From the human T2T-CHM13v2.0 reference genome, Homo sapiens, in NCBI RefSeq assembly GCF_009914755.1, contig NC_060938.1: 64,000 nucleotides of DNA. One strand, 5' to 3'. Below are positions 43,391 to 56,843 of the stretch, piece after piece. Position 1 is the stretch's first letter; each line of letters begins with the position of its first letter. The position numbers and the translations under genes were made by a program. The notes under the pieces are model-generated. The model saw only the letters and a program-made list of their open reading frames with translations, was not told the DNA's origin and did not search any database.

Positions 43391-43703
43391 TTTGTCGTGT
43401 CATGTCATCACTTTGCTTGACATCCAGGTGGAATTCACTTCACAGATGAGGCATGCCAGACGAGATCAGAATCTGCAAACTGTGATGTGAGACTGAGAGT
43501 GTAAAAGAACCACACTTGGATATCCTCTCAAATATGCATTCTAAGGCTGATGTCAGTAAGGTACTTACCACTGGCTTGCTAAGTCCTGGACCTCTTATTT
43601 CCAGGGCCTTGGGTCACAGTTTACTCTGCATAAAGTTACCACTAGAATCATATTCCTCTAACAGAATTCAACATGCCATTTCCCTGTTGAATGAGCTAAC
43701 ATA

Positions 43704-44534
43704 CAGCAGGTCCTCCAATACTGTCATTTAATTCAATGTCATTTGGTTATAACATTAAGGGGAAAAAAAATGGATTCCCTGCTAGGGTCACTGTCAAGTT
43801 TGCACATTTTCCCCATGTCTGAAGAGTTTTCTGTGGGTACTTGAGTTTCTTTCCACATCCAAAGATGCACACGTTAGGTTAATTGCGGTGTCTAAATGGT
43901 CCCCGTCTGAGTGAGTGTGGTGTGGTTGTGAGTGTGTCCTGCAATGGGATGACATCCGCTCCAGGGTTGATTCCCACCTTGTGCCCTGAGCTGCTGAGAA
44001 GGGCCCTGACCACCTGCCATCCTGAACTTGGAATAAGCATTTTGAATGAATGAATGAATGAATACAAATTGTCGTAAAATGAAAATTTGTAACGTATATA
44101 ATCAAATGCATCACAGTAAGTGATTCGGTAGGAAAGTGCTCAACAAGCCCCTATAAGATTGTTTTGAACATGTTTTGATATGGTGGTAGGAGATGCACTT
44201 TACCCCTTTACTTTCTCTTTTCAAACATTCATTTCTTGAATTAACCCACCACCATGACTGTTGTAACTCACTGATGCACCAAAAATTGGGCAGATAATTT
44301 TTATTAATCTTTCTTAAATGTAGGCATAGTTCATTTATTTCAGCATTTAATAGAATTGTTGTAGGTCTTTATTTAGAAGTTTGGTAATGTTTTTGTTACC
44401 AGAAATATGCCATAGGAACTTAACTCTTTTCTTACATCAATTAGCCTATGGTAAAATTGGTCTTGGTATATGTCATTTTCTTTAAAGCTGCAGTTTCCAA
44501 GAACCTATCTATGATGATAAATGAGGACTTACTG
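43704..44534 (+). mobile_element. MER6 (TcMar-Tigger), essentially full length
   Basis: TIRs cagcaggtcctc / gaggacttactg; TA target duplications at 43702 and 44535; characteristic internal SINE-like segment. Confidence 0.9.
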
Positions 44535-44719
44535 TATAGGTGGTTAAATATCTCTGAATTAAGACCCTTGCTTGCATTCTTACCATTTTTCCTCTTTTTT
44601 CGTTTTTAAGATGGTCATTGGGTTCTAAATAAAGTTGACTGTCCCTCAGAATAGCTTTATATAAATTTTTAACTTTTGATATGTCTTCTCACCTGATTTT
44701 CTTTCCATCTCTCTCCATT

Positions 44720-45213
44720 TATATCAGGCAAAGTCTCAAGAAGAAATAGATGGCATGTTAAAAATAGACTATTTCAAAAGGGGATTTATTACAAAGGGAT
44801 TATTTATAGAGGTATCAGTTTAGGGGAACCACATATTTGACACAGCAACCTAGGGTTTAATGAGTCAACATCAGATGTTAGGCCCTCTGGGTCCAAAGGC
44901 GTGTGGAAGTTACCAGAACCTGGAAGAAGTTATGGAGAGTTGGCAGCCTTGAAAAGGAACAGTGACATTTAATCCAGGGACACATAGCCAGCTAGAGACG
45001 ATACTATTGGGAAGGAATGAGAGATACCTTGATCTCACTCTCCTCCCTCCATCCAATCACTTTTGGGGACTCTCCATTGACTCAATCAACTAAAAGTCAA
45101 AGAGATTGGAAACTTATTCATGTGGCCCATATAGGTCACCCTCCCATGGCAGATAAGAGTGTAGAAGGGCACAGAGGTGTATGTGGAGGGGCAAATGGAA
45201 GACTTCCAACACG
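44720..45213 (-). mobile_element. LTR33/LTR41-like ERVL solo LTR
   Basis: gaaatagatggcatgttaaaa..acaaagggattattta ... ggaggggcaaatggaagacttccaacac. Confidence 0.65.
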
Positions 45214-45614
45214 ACATTTTTACATAGAACTTTGAAAAGATGAAAGGTTTGGGATGAAGCCATAGGCATGTGAGCCACCCTGAGTATATTCTAGCCTCTT
45301 CTTGTTTGAGAATATAGTCAATAGGACATATAAATAGTAATTGATTGACCAAAGTATACCTTGTTTTATTATAACAAACTTGAAACCAAAAGTTCTATCA
45401 TAATTTTTAAAAGATTATGAAATACATGGTAGATACAAGAGCATATATGCAATGACTAGGTAAGTTATAAAGAATAATAACAAATGTATACCCAAGCATC
45501 CATAACAAATCTTACATAGATAATTATTCTTACAGTAAAATCCCCCTGTGTGCTATTTATGGCAATATCCTTCAATCTACTGCAGAGAAAAACATTTGCT
45601 CTGTTTTATGTTTA

Positions 45615-45840
45615 TGGCTCACTGCAGCCTTGAAATTCTGGACTCAAGTGATCCACCCACCTCAGCCTCCTGAGTAGCTAGGACTACAGGCACATGCCAC
45701 CATTCCCAGCTAATTTTTAATTTTTTTTTTTTTTTTTTGTAGAGACAGGGTCTCACTTTTTGAACTCCTAGCTTCAAGTAATCCTCCCACCACAGCTTCC
45801 CAAAGTGGTGGGATTACAGGCACGGGCCACCGCTCCCAGC
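45615..45840 (-). mobile_element. AluJ, partial and internally deleted
   Basis: atggctcactgcagccttgaa...caaagtggtgggattacaggcacgggccaccgc. Confidence 0.85.
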
Positions 45841-46768
45841 TTATATAGACTCTTTTACCCCTATATGATGTACATTTAATATTGCCAACTTCTGAAATGT
45901 ATACAAATGGTATCATACTAGATATGCCCTAATATGATTTGTTTTTTATCATTTAACATTGTATTTCTAAGATTCATCCATGTTATTGTACACTGTTCAT
46001 TTATTTTCACAGTCAGAGTTCTTTATCACATGAATATTTTATAATTATTCTCCTTGCTGGACATATGTTTTATAATTGTTGCTGCTGAAAATATGGCCAC
46101 TATGCATATTCTTATTTGTTTCTTGGCACCTAGTACCAAAGACATATCTAAGACCTATGAGACTAGGTCAGGGCATATGTGTATTTTCAGCTTTACTAGA
46201 TAATTCCATGATTTTGTATGAATTTACTCTCCCAAGAGCAGTATTTAAGAGTTTCTATTGATTCTCATTCTTACCAACTTTTGTTACTCATTTAAAAAAG
46301 AAAAAGTTGTGAGCTTATGTGAGAGAGTATCCCATTGTGGTTTCAGTTTTCAGGTCCATGATTGGTAATGAGTTTGAGCAGCTTTTAATGCTTATTGACT
46401 ATATTTTTTTCCTTCTGTGGGAAATATTTGAGCTATATGTTTTGCCCTTTATTTGGAGATTGTTTTTCATTTTTAATGTTTGTAGAATTTCTTTATATGT
46501 TCTGGACATGAAACTTTTGGTAGGGGTTGTGTTGTAAATATAGTCTCCTAGGTTGCATATGTACAACTTTGTTTCCTTTGAGAATCAGAAAGTCTTAATC
46601 TTATTATACCTAAATTTTTGGATTTTTTCTTTTGTGGTTTACATTTTTGCTGAAGGAATCCTTCTCTTTCTTGAAAAGATAAAGGTAATGTTCTTTACTT
46701 TTTCAAAAATTTTACCTTTTAAAGTATTTAATCCATTATGTACATCTCATTCAAGAAATGTTTTTGTT

Positions 46769-46832
46769 ACTGCACTCCAGCCTGGGCGACAGAGCGAGAC
46801 ACCGTCTCAAAAAAAAAAAAAAAAAAAAAAAA
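46769..46832 (+). mobile_element. Extremely 5'-truncated young Alu (40 bp plus A24)
   Basis: actgcactccagcctgggcgacagagcgagacaccgtctc plus pure A tail; flanked by duplicated gtttttgtt. Confidence 0.9.
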
Positions 46833-47121
46833 GTTTTTGTTATTATCAGCCATTCATCTATACAAATTTTAAAATTCTTTACTTTTAAGTTCAGCAGTAC
46901 ATGTGCAGTTTTGTTATATAGGTAAATTATGTGTCACTGGAGATTTCTGTACATTCTTATTGAGATTGGTTGAAAGTGCATTCAATCTTTAGATCATATT
47001 GACAAGAACTTAGGACATCCTTAGGATATTTTGTCTGCTTATCCATTCACATAGCATGTTTCTTCTTCATATATTCTTTTATTTCTTTCAATAAAGCATT
47101 ATATCTTTCTCTTTTTTGTAT

Positions 47122-47457
<336 letters not shown>

Positions 47458-48249
47458 TATATTTTTCTTGTAAACAATATTATTTTTTAGATTTACTTCT
47501 AAGTATCTTATACATACATATTTTTGCTGTTGTAAATTTATCCTTTACACATTTTTATATTTTCTAATCCTGGTGGATAGAAGTGCAATTGACTTTTTCC
47601 TCCCTTTTTTGGTCTTTTATTTAGCAAATTTGCTAATCTTATTAGTGTAGTTATTTTGTTTGTAAACTATTTGACGTTTTTGATGTAGGTAAAACATCTG
47701 TTAATGGTGCTTTTGTTTTATTTCATTCCAATGAATAAAGTTTTGTTTCTTTTATTCCAATCCCTATGTCTTTATTGCTTTTTCTTACCTTATGATGCTA
47801 TCTAGGAGCTTCAGTATGTTGTATAGATGAGGCAGTCATGGACATCCTCATCTTTCTCCTGAAGTTAAATGGACCATTTCTCAAATTGTTCACCATCAGG
47901 TAGAATGTGTGCTGTCAATAAGGAATAATACTTTGAAGCTAGAATTTTGTTACTAACCAGATCATTTTAATGTCGGTTCAGGAATCACTTTTGTTGAGAA
48001 CATTGACAGTTAATGTTACAGAAATTGATGCTACACAGGCCTAAAATTAAGCTTATGATGACCTAATAGTCAAACAGATTTAGAAGTAAACTGGGAGAAC
48101 AGAATATCTTTTTTCCTTTTCTCTCTTCAACTTCCCCCTTCTTCGTCTCCTAGGACCCTGACCCACCACACCCCATTATAATTAACCCAAATATCTAGAG
48201 CTGCCGTTGTTTGATATGATGAAGATTGTGGGAGCAATAACCTTGAGGG

Positions 48250-48720
48250 TAAAATATCAGGGGTTTGGCTTTGATGTGTTTAATTAGAACTCCTTTTTAA
48301 AAATGACCATCTGGTGATGATGAATAGGCAGCTGATTGCAGACTCTAGAGTTCAGGGTAGAGGTCCAGGCTAAGGACTGAAATCTGGGAGCCCTCACTCT
48401 AAGTAGGAAGTAGTTAAGCCATAATCCTAGGTGGAATCACTTAGGAGTGAGTGGAAACAGAGGAGAGAGAACCAAGGACTGAGAACTGGGAACTCTTATA
48501 TTTTAAGATTGGGAATATGAAGAGAAACAAAGGAGACAAAGAACTGTCAGTGAAGAAAGACAACACAGAATGTCTGGTTGTTCTGAAGGCAAGTGCCACA
48601 GCTGTATCAAGGAGGAAGGTGCAATCACCTGTGTCAAAAGATGGTGTTAGGTCCAGAAAGAGTATTGAACTGAACACTACATTTTACAAGGTCATTAGTA
48701 ATCTTTGCATGATTTGATGA
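48250..48720 (-). mobile_element. L2
   Basis: ctagagttcagggtagaggtccaggct..gtgtcaaaagatggtgttaggtc..aggtcattagtaatcttt. Confidence 0.7.
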
Positions 48721-49989
48721 AATAGTTGATGACAGATTCAATCAAGAAAAAGAAGATGGGACATTATTCCATATATAATTGTGTGACCTAATGTCTTCAC
48801 TTAAGAATACTTTATAAGCAGTTTCTTTGTGCTTCTATGTTGTCAGTTTTAATAAAAGAATAGTAGTCTTATGTGTAGATGTGTCATAGTGCATGTAATT
48901 AACTCCATATGTTTAGATATAGATGGTTTCCTTCATTTTTTTCTGCTTCTAAAAGCACACTTAAAAACGTAAATGTTGTAAAATACATTTTCTATTTATG
49001 TAATTCTATATTTATTTCATTAGGTTAAATGGCTACAGGAAGACTTCCTGGCTCAAAAATACATGCAACATATGCTATATCATAGCATATGAAAGCATGT
49101 GATGCTATGATATTTCACAAAAGCAATACAAATAGCTAATGAAATTAAATACTATGTTTATATACTATCAATCCAATAAATGCAAATTAAACCTGTTGAG
49201 GTTTAATCAGAATTTTGAGAGCTATTCTAAGGCTCCCTGCTTAAGTGAAAGTAGTTGAGAGTTAAATCTGGTTAATATGTCTTTTTTTTCTTTTATTCAA
49301 TAGTTTTTTGAGTGATTACGATATGCTTGACCCTGGGGAGACAATGGCTGTAAGACAAACATAATCCTATTGAACTACAGCCTTATAACGCCCTGCATTT
49401 CCTTAGCTAGTAAACAGTGTAGAAAATCATTTAGTCTTTATCTCCTCTTCTGCCAGTTGATAAGTAGGATTTATGCAATTTTTGGTGTTTAACTGATCTC
49501 TTGATGTTAGATAAGGACCATTTATACCAGGGATTCAAATAGAGCTTTGATTGAGCTGGAAAATTATTTTGAGGTTAAGTAGTCTTGTCCCTTCTATTAC
49601 TCCTGATAATTACCCTACCATTTATCATTGGATATGAATTTTTACATTTTGAGGACAGGGTTTGGGGGATGAATGTCAGAATCATAAAATGCTCCAACAT
49701 GGAGGGTTAGGCTTTTATATTTGTTGGTAGTTATTGGGGATTGGTGGGGCTGCAGGGGTGTTTATTAAAGAAATGGTTTAAAACATAATGTAAACCCCTT
49801 GGACAATGTCTGAAATATACAATCTACTCCTATGAGAACAAAAGACAAAAGAGGAGTAAATAAAAACTCTCCAAATTCTGCAAGGCAGATGGGTTTCTGT
49901 CCTCTCTGTTACTAAAAGAATCAAATGGGTTAAAGATGGAGTGTTTGGTTCTTATAACAAAAACAAAGATACCACCACACTAGTGAAGA

Positions 49990-50390
49990 AAGAGAGAGGA
50001 AAAATCATGTATGGTTGGAAGGGTGCAGGGAATAGGAGCTGCATGTGCTGCTGGTGGGAACATCAATTGGTGCCTCTCTGGAGGGTAATTCAGCAATAAG
50101 TTTTTAGAGCCTTAAAATGTTCCATTCCTTGTAATTTATCCTGGGGAGATATTTGGAAGAATTCTCAAAGATTTATGTATTGTGGTATTTATTACAGTGT
50201 TATTTATAAGAATAAAGAGTTGAAAACAATATATAAAAGTCCACCAATAGGCACTTGGTAAAATAAATTAAGATATATATATATGTGATTTATTACTATG
50301 CAGCAGTTTATAATCATATTTCCAAAGACGATTTGATGGCATGAGGGAAATATTCACAATATAATGCTAAATTGAAACTGTCAGATACAA
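49990..50390 (+). mobile_element. Old L1 (L1ME-like) 3' region
   Basis: tgctggtgggaacatcaattggtgc..ttggtaaaataaatta..tattactatgcagcagtt. Confidence 0.6.
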
Positions 50391-53300
50391 ACAAACAGCA
50401 TTAAATAGCAACCACTTATTGAACATTAATTTTGCACTAGGATGTATATTTAGGGCTTTATAAACACTTCATTTAATAATCCTCCAAATCTGGAGGATAG
50501 CTATTGCTATACTCAGTTTACACATTATAAATTTGAGATTAGAGAGTTAAGCTGCATTTCAAGACCAAACTGTCCAAGTAAATAGAGCAGCCCCAAATAT
50601 GCAAGGACATTTGGGTGAAAATGTGTGTGTCTGAAAATCGGAGAAACTTTATCTGTTTCAAATGTAAGGAATAGAGAAAGTAAGGCTGTATTTTGGAGAA
50701 TGTTACATCCCTCAAAATACTTTAATCTGGTGGGTGATAAAGATACCTTCAAAGATTTTAAGTAAGGGAGTGAAATGATCAGATTTCTTCTGAAGAATGA
50801 TAACTGAAGAACAATACCAAGGATGGGACTGCAGTAGGGTACTTGGCAATCATATAAACACCAGTTGCTAAAGGTCTAGCGTCTGGGGAGTAACTGTGAA
50901 GATGGAGAGCAAGGGGCAGATTAGAAACACATTGTGGGTAAAGAATTAACTAGACTCTAAGGTAAGGTGTTAAGTTCTAAGCTACAGGAAGGGGAGAAGA
51001 CAGTAATAACTAGTTTCAGGCTGCTCTGTCTGTGGAGTAGACATTCTTTTATTTCCTTGCCTTTTTAAGAGAATAATGTCAGTGGCTATAGGCAAGGAAA
51101 TATCTAATGATATAGGATACCCCAGGGAACGTTCGTATGTAGAACAGATGACCCCGTGTTTCGTTTTGAAGATATTTTATGTGAGGAACCACTTTAACTA
51201 CACAATCCAGAAGCAAATGGTTTTGGAGTTCCGGGCAAAAACTGTTGAAAATATATATTTGACGGTTATTTGCCAATAAATGTTATTTAAAGCCATGGGA
51301 GTTAATGATATTTTCAACAAGGATATAGAAAGGTTCTCAACTGGGCATGGATAAGTGTATCAGAATTGCCTAGAAATAAATTCTAAATTACATATTCCAG
51401 CATTATCCACTTCAGAGATTCCATCATGTATTCCACTTTTTAATGGGGGATGGAGATAGTCTGGTTTGAAGGGGTACATAGGGCTGAGCTCATATTTTTT
51501 AAAACTGCTAAACACAAAAATATGTACTAAATATAAATTTATTAAATAAATGAGTAATTTATGGATGCGATTAGAATTCTTGAAGCAATACCACCTGAAT
51601 GAAGTGTTGAGGTTAAGCTAACTCTGATCATGTACTTAACTGGTGATGGGACAAATCAGGAGAGATTTCCTTTGTAGGAGCAATAAGGCCTGAAAGCACT
51701 TATTACTTAGTATGCCTGAACTTGCATGTGGTTTGCATTTCAATGTCATATTTATAATTAGGTATTGAATCTTTGAATTTATTTTCCCTCAGGAATAGTT
51801 TTCCAGGCAAACTAAAAAGAGCCAGATTCATCCCCAGTATGTCCTAAATAGTGTGCATTTTTAAGGAAAACTAGTACCAAATCATATTTAGGTAATATTG
51901 CTATAATAATTAAACAAAACAAACCATGAAAAGCAAACGGGATAGACTGAATTATATAAGAAGTATTCCTGAGTTAAGAAGATGAAGGCTAGAGAAAAAT
52001 GAGTCATAATGGATGAGCTACTAAACAAAAGAGATGAGAGTGAGGTTAAATAACTCCTCAAGTGGTCCACTAGGTAAATATTTCAGCCCAGAACATCTTA
52101 GGTGCTCTCCAGAGAGGTGTCAGTTACAGGAATGAAGGAATCAGATGTTGGCTGCAGTCATCTCCTCATATGAAACATTTGCAGATATCCCTAATTCACA
52201 AAGGTTAATATTATAAAGAAACACCTTTTTTCAGACACAGAGGGACCATCAGAATAATAAAAAGTACATAGAAGTCCATTATTGTATACATCTCGCCCAT
52301 TTAAGCTATTGTTGGTTTTAATGTGACAGTTAATTATCATGTATTTTCTATGTTATATGTAAGAGTTATAGTGAATTGTAAGACTTGTAATTTATTTGCT
52401 TTATTATAGCTTCTAAATCATCCTCACGGGAGAAAAGAATTTTGATGGCAAATTTGGAGGGCAAACTTTTGTGGAGTCATATTTGACCATATTAAAAAAA
52501 AAGATGATTTTTGGCATTAAGAGAGTTTTGTCATTTAAAAAGGCAGTCTATTTTAAGCAGGCCAGACTAAAACTGAATAAAAATACAGTGGAATATAATT
52601 TATACTTGAGTCATTTCGGTGGGGTAGGGGATAATCAGCTTAGTCCAGTTAGATCCTAGAACAGGAAATGAACTTCTAAGGGCACTGTTGCAACATTTCA
52701 TGCATCGGTTGATGAATGAGAATCTGGACTTCATCTGTGTAATGAAGATAGAGATTAGTGGACGGATAAAAGACACAGTTTGGTGATAGAATTAACTATA
52801 CTCAAAGACACCCCTTCCAAATCTAGCTTTAGACACAAACACACTCCACTGCTAGCTAGACTTCGCTCTTTCCTGTGTGAATCAGAATGAGCATAGCCTC
52901 AGGTTTAGTGCATAGAAGGTTCTTAAGGTACTTGGGCACATTCCAAAGGCAGACATCAGGTTTTCACAATTGCTCTTCCAATCTGAACTCTCCCATGAGG
53001 GTCAGGTACTGAAGCTGAATACAGTACACCTGGAGCTCTGCCGGTGTATGTTCTGGTACCCTGTCTTGGGCTGCCAATGAGGGTTTCGAGGAGAAGGATA
53101 GAAAGTGAATCTTCTCTGGGCTACATGAAGCGAGGAGATGTGAAACCTAGTGTTGGAAAATGTTTGGAGTAGACTTTCATTGTTTTCTTAGGGCTCTAGC
53201 ATGGATTCTTCTATTTCCTACTATGAAAAGAAATAGTGAACTTTGTGAGGTAAACTTTGTGAGATTAAAATTGGTACTATATAACATGTTTTTTGATGCT

Positions 53301-53989
53301 CTCTTCCTCAGGGCCAGGAACTAGTTAAAGTACTTTGGCTAGTCCTTGGCCTTTCTGAGAGCATCCTGAATTCTAAGCTCCAAGTTCTATGTTTTGGGCA
53401 GGGTATGGGGTAGCAGGCATTCTCCTGTTCAGCTTGTTAAACCATAAAATGGCATAAAGATTTAGGAGGGAAGTTTGGTTTTATGTATCAATAGCCTTAA
53501 AAAATATGCAAACCCTCTAATCTGGCAAGGTCTCTTGTAGACTTCATGTGGCTTCTTATCTGACACCAAGGTTTTGGTACAAAAGATTAATGCACCTGAA
53601 CTGCACCTGAGGGAACTGTTGAGAAGACCCTGATGCTGTTTGTCACTGTTCCCCTAGCTATTTCATTGACCCTCAGCCCCTTCTGGCTAGAGGTCCATAA
53701 TTCAGCCATCTCCTAGCAGACCTAGGCCCTCCAACTCACCTTGACTTTCTGACACTGGTCTTGCTCAGGTCCCTAATTCAGAGTGCAATTCTTATTTGTC
53801 AATCTTGTGGTTATATCAATGTTTTAATTATAAGAAGACATTTGTTTTTCATGGAGGCAGAGTTTTCTCCAGCTTTCTGTTTCTACATCTCATTGGAGTT
53901 TGTAGTCCCAGCCTCTTGCCCATATTCTCCAAACCCTGTTGGCCTGGAGATCTATTAATGCTTTCAACAGTCACTTGGCATACACATTG

Positions 53990-54093
53990 CCTGAGGATAT
54001 TATTAATATGCAGGTGTATCATTCAGTAGCTTTGGGGTGGGGCCCAGGTAATGTTGTGATGTTAACCTGCAAATCAAACTTTGAGTAGCAAGG
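53990..54093. mobile_element. MER5A-like fragment
   Basis: attcagtagctttggggtggggccc..actttgagtagcaagg. Confidence 0.6.
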
Positions 54094-54692
54094 AATTAGA
54101 CTGCTTTTGCTATATGTTATTTTCATACAAATGATATATTCAACAGTATAAGCAGCCATAAAATAAACATCAGCCTACATGCCCAATCATTAATATGACT
54201 TGAAGCTTATTTTTGTTGCATTTAAAAGGAAATCTGTGCCCATTATAGAAAAGTGACCATGTGGGAGACCTGAAAATAGGTGTAAGTGGGGTTGTAAGGA
54301 ATAGGTCCACATGTTTAGTTTTCGCAATAGAAAAATTTCAGGGCAAATAGAATTTCTGTGGACTTGATTTTTATAGTAATCAAAAAACTGTACTCTGCCT
54401 TATGTGGACAGGAACAAAAAGGTCTTTTCTTGCCTTCCATAGTATAACATTACCACAGTTCTGAATTATCTGAGAGTATCTTTGCATAAGGGAAGGATTT
54501 GGACTTCCTAAGAGGCCTGTACAGCATACTTTGGCACCCTTCCTCCAAGAATGTCAATATTCTCTGCAAACTTTGGCTGAATCATCATCATTGCAGCCCA
54601 CACGATAGGCATCTGAACATCTCGCAGTATCTTCTTTTAAGTGCATAAAGGGACTTTAAATTGGGGCATGGAATGTCATGACTCGGGGAAGA

Positions 54693-54816
54693 GTGTCAAA
54701 TAAAGCTTTTTCAAAAGGGAACATTGAGCCCAATATCTAACAGAGGAGACAGAAATAAGGGGGTGTCAAGGCTTTTTCAAAAGGGAACATTGTGCCCAAT
54801 ACCTGAAGAGATAGAA
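54693..54816. repeat. Two-copy tandem duplication of about 70 bp
   Basis: gtgtcaa..gctttttcaaaagggaacattg(a/t)gcccaata occurs twice. Confidence 0.9.
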
Positions 54817-56723
54817 AAGTATTTTTCTGCTCAACGTGACTAAATGCTCTTTACTGGTTGACAGAGAAAGTGAAAATTTTTACAGTGCTTTGAAGCACGA
54901 CTCACTCATAGCCTCAAGGTGTAGGCATTTCCACAGGAATGGATTGGAGGCTGTGGCTATTGTATACCCCTGCATGCTTTCACAATAGTTTTTCATTTTC
55001 CTATTTTGTGTATTCTAAGAACCTAGTCTTAACTCCTTAGGTAACCCTGAAAGCTACTTAAGAGTCTAGTTTTCTTGAAGAATAAGATCTCCAATTCTAG
55101 ATAAGTGTTTATTTGCCTGAATGTGTTATACACTTGAATTTAGTCAATATTCTCTACAGGAAACAAAGAGTTTCTCTCCTTCAAGTGCTAAAGGGCACCA
55201 TGTTGAACTATCCAGAGGACAAGTTGTTTATACGTTATCTTGACATGTTTTGTCATCTCTGGTAACCTTGTGTATGTTTTCTGTCAATAGAATATACATT
55301 TTAAGAGGTGAGAAAATGGTGTTTGTAACTGCACTTTGAATCCAGAATGAATTCAAATATGTTAATAAATGACATTGACAATCACCAATATTAAGGATAT
55401 TTGGAATAGCTAATCTCCAGTTTATGAATAATAAGTTATCTTGGTTTTAATAATTTACTTAAATATTTTCCCTCTATTCTTTATCTGTAAAGTTGCAAGA
55501 TCTTTCTACCTCCCCTTAGATGATTACTAGTTATACTCTTAGAGGGCAGATATAAGTTAATGAGCTCCAAGGGAGGGGACAAGAAAGCAAGAACAAAAAC
55601 AGCATATTGCCTTCAAGACTATTAATGTCCCTTTGTGGAGGATGGCAACAACTAATGTCTGGCAAGAGCAGTGGAGGAAGAAATTGCTGCAGGTTCAGGT
55701 GGGAGAGTGAGTCACCTTGAGGCTGGCACTGCTGATGAGGTTCGGAGAATAATCTTTCCATTAGGAGTAGAATCCTCCTTTGAGGATGGGGGTGTTATTA
55801 ATGTCCAGTACTTGAAATGTTTGATTTACTTCTGTGTACTACAAGAAAAGAAAGCATTAAAACCCCACACATCACAGATCCACAGAGAATTTCTGTAAAT
55901 GCATTGAACCTCAAAGATATTAGGAAATTTTAGAATCGTGGAGCATTTCTTTTCCGTGTGGGGACATATATTACAGCACAGAGATATAAGTTACTGAAAT
56001 AGACAGATAAATTGCAGGTAAGTATATAGGGTAGGTAGATATATGTCACCAACTGTGATTTTTAGTAGAATAATATTAAATATTCACTTGCCCTATACTG
56101 TGCCACTTCGAAAAGTTATCGTTTATGGAAAAATTGTAGATATTACCATAGCTAAATAGTCATTTCTAATATCTTTATAAGCACAGAAAATATCTAGTAG
56201 ACTTTATACATAATAATAGTGTGATTTTCATAGGGCTAGATTTAAAATTGTGTGCCTATCTTAAATGCCAAGTCATTGTAATGAGGTATTAGCTTGCTGT
56301 TGCTTAAATTTGTATATTTTATTCTTACTCACTTTTAAATACCTTTTCTTAATCCCTTATTTTTGGCTCATTTGATATGATTATCATTCCAATTTCTTGC
56401 CTCCTGAATAATAGATTCTAAATCATTCTCATCTGGTCTTTGATTCCTTATTAAAAGTCCTGAAGCCTAACAGCTAATGATGCTGTTGATGCATGGCAAT
56501 GCTGCATTTAATCAAGGATTTTTTTCATTATTGCACAATATCCCTCTTACCTCATCAAAGATAATTTGTCTTTCTATTGCATTTCTTTTTGGTATTTAAG
56601 AAGTTTGGAATCGTAGTTCATAGGTTCAAGCCCCTAAAATGACCTTATGCCTAATAGGTGTTTTCACTTCTAATTGGTATAATTTTATGACTGACACTAC
56701 TTTATTGAGGAGGCATTGGGCAT

Positions 56724-56796
56724 TATATATGTATTTTATATATATATATATGTATATATACACACACACATATATATACACACATATATATACACG

Positions 56797-56830
<34 letters not shown>

Positions 56831-56843
56831 TACACACACACAC
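56724..56843. repeat. Compound (TA)n/(CA)n microsatellite
   Basis: Read directly. Confidence 0.95.

Noticed and set aside
55160-55261. Possible exon reading KQRVSLLQVLKGTMLNYPEDKLFIRYLDMFCHL
   Set aside because: Moderate splice sites, unrecognised peptide, no partner exons identified
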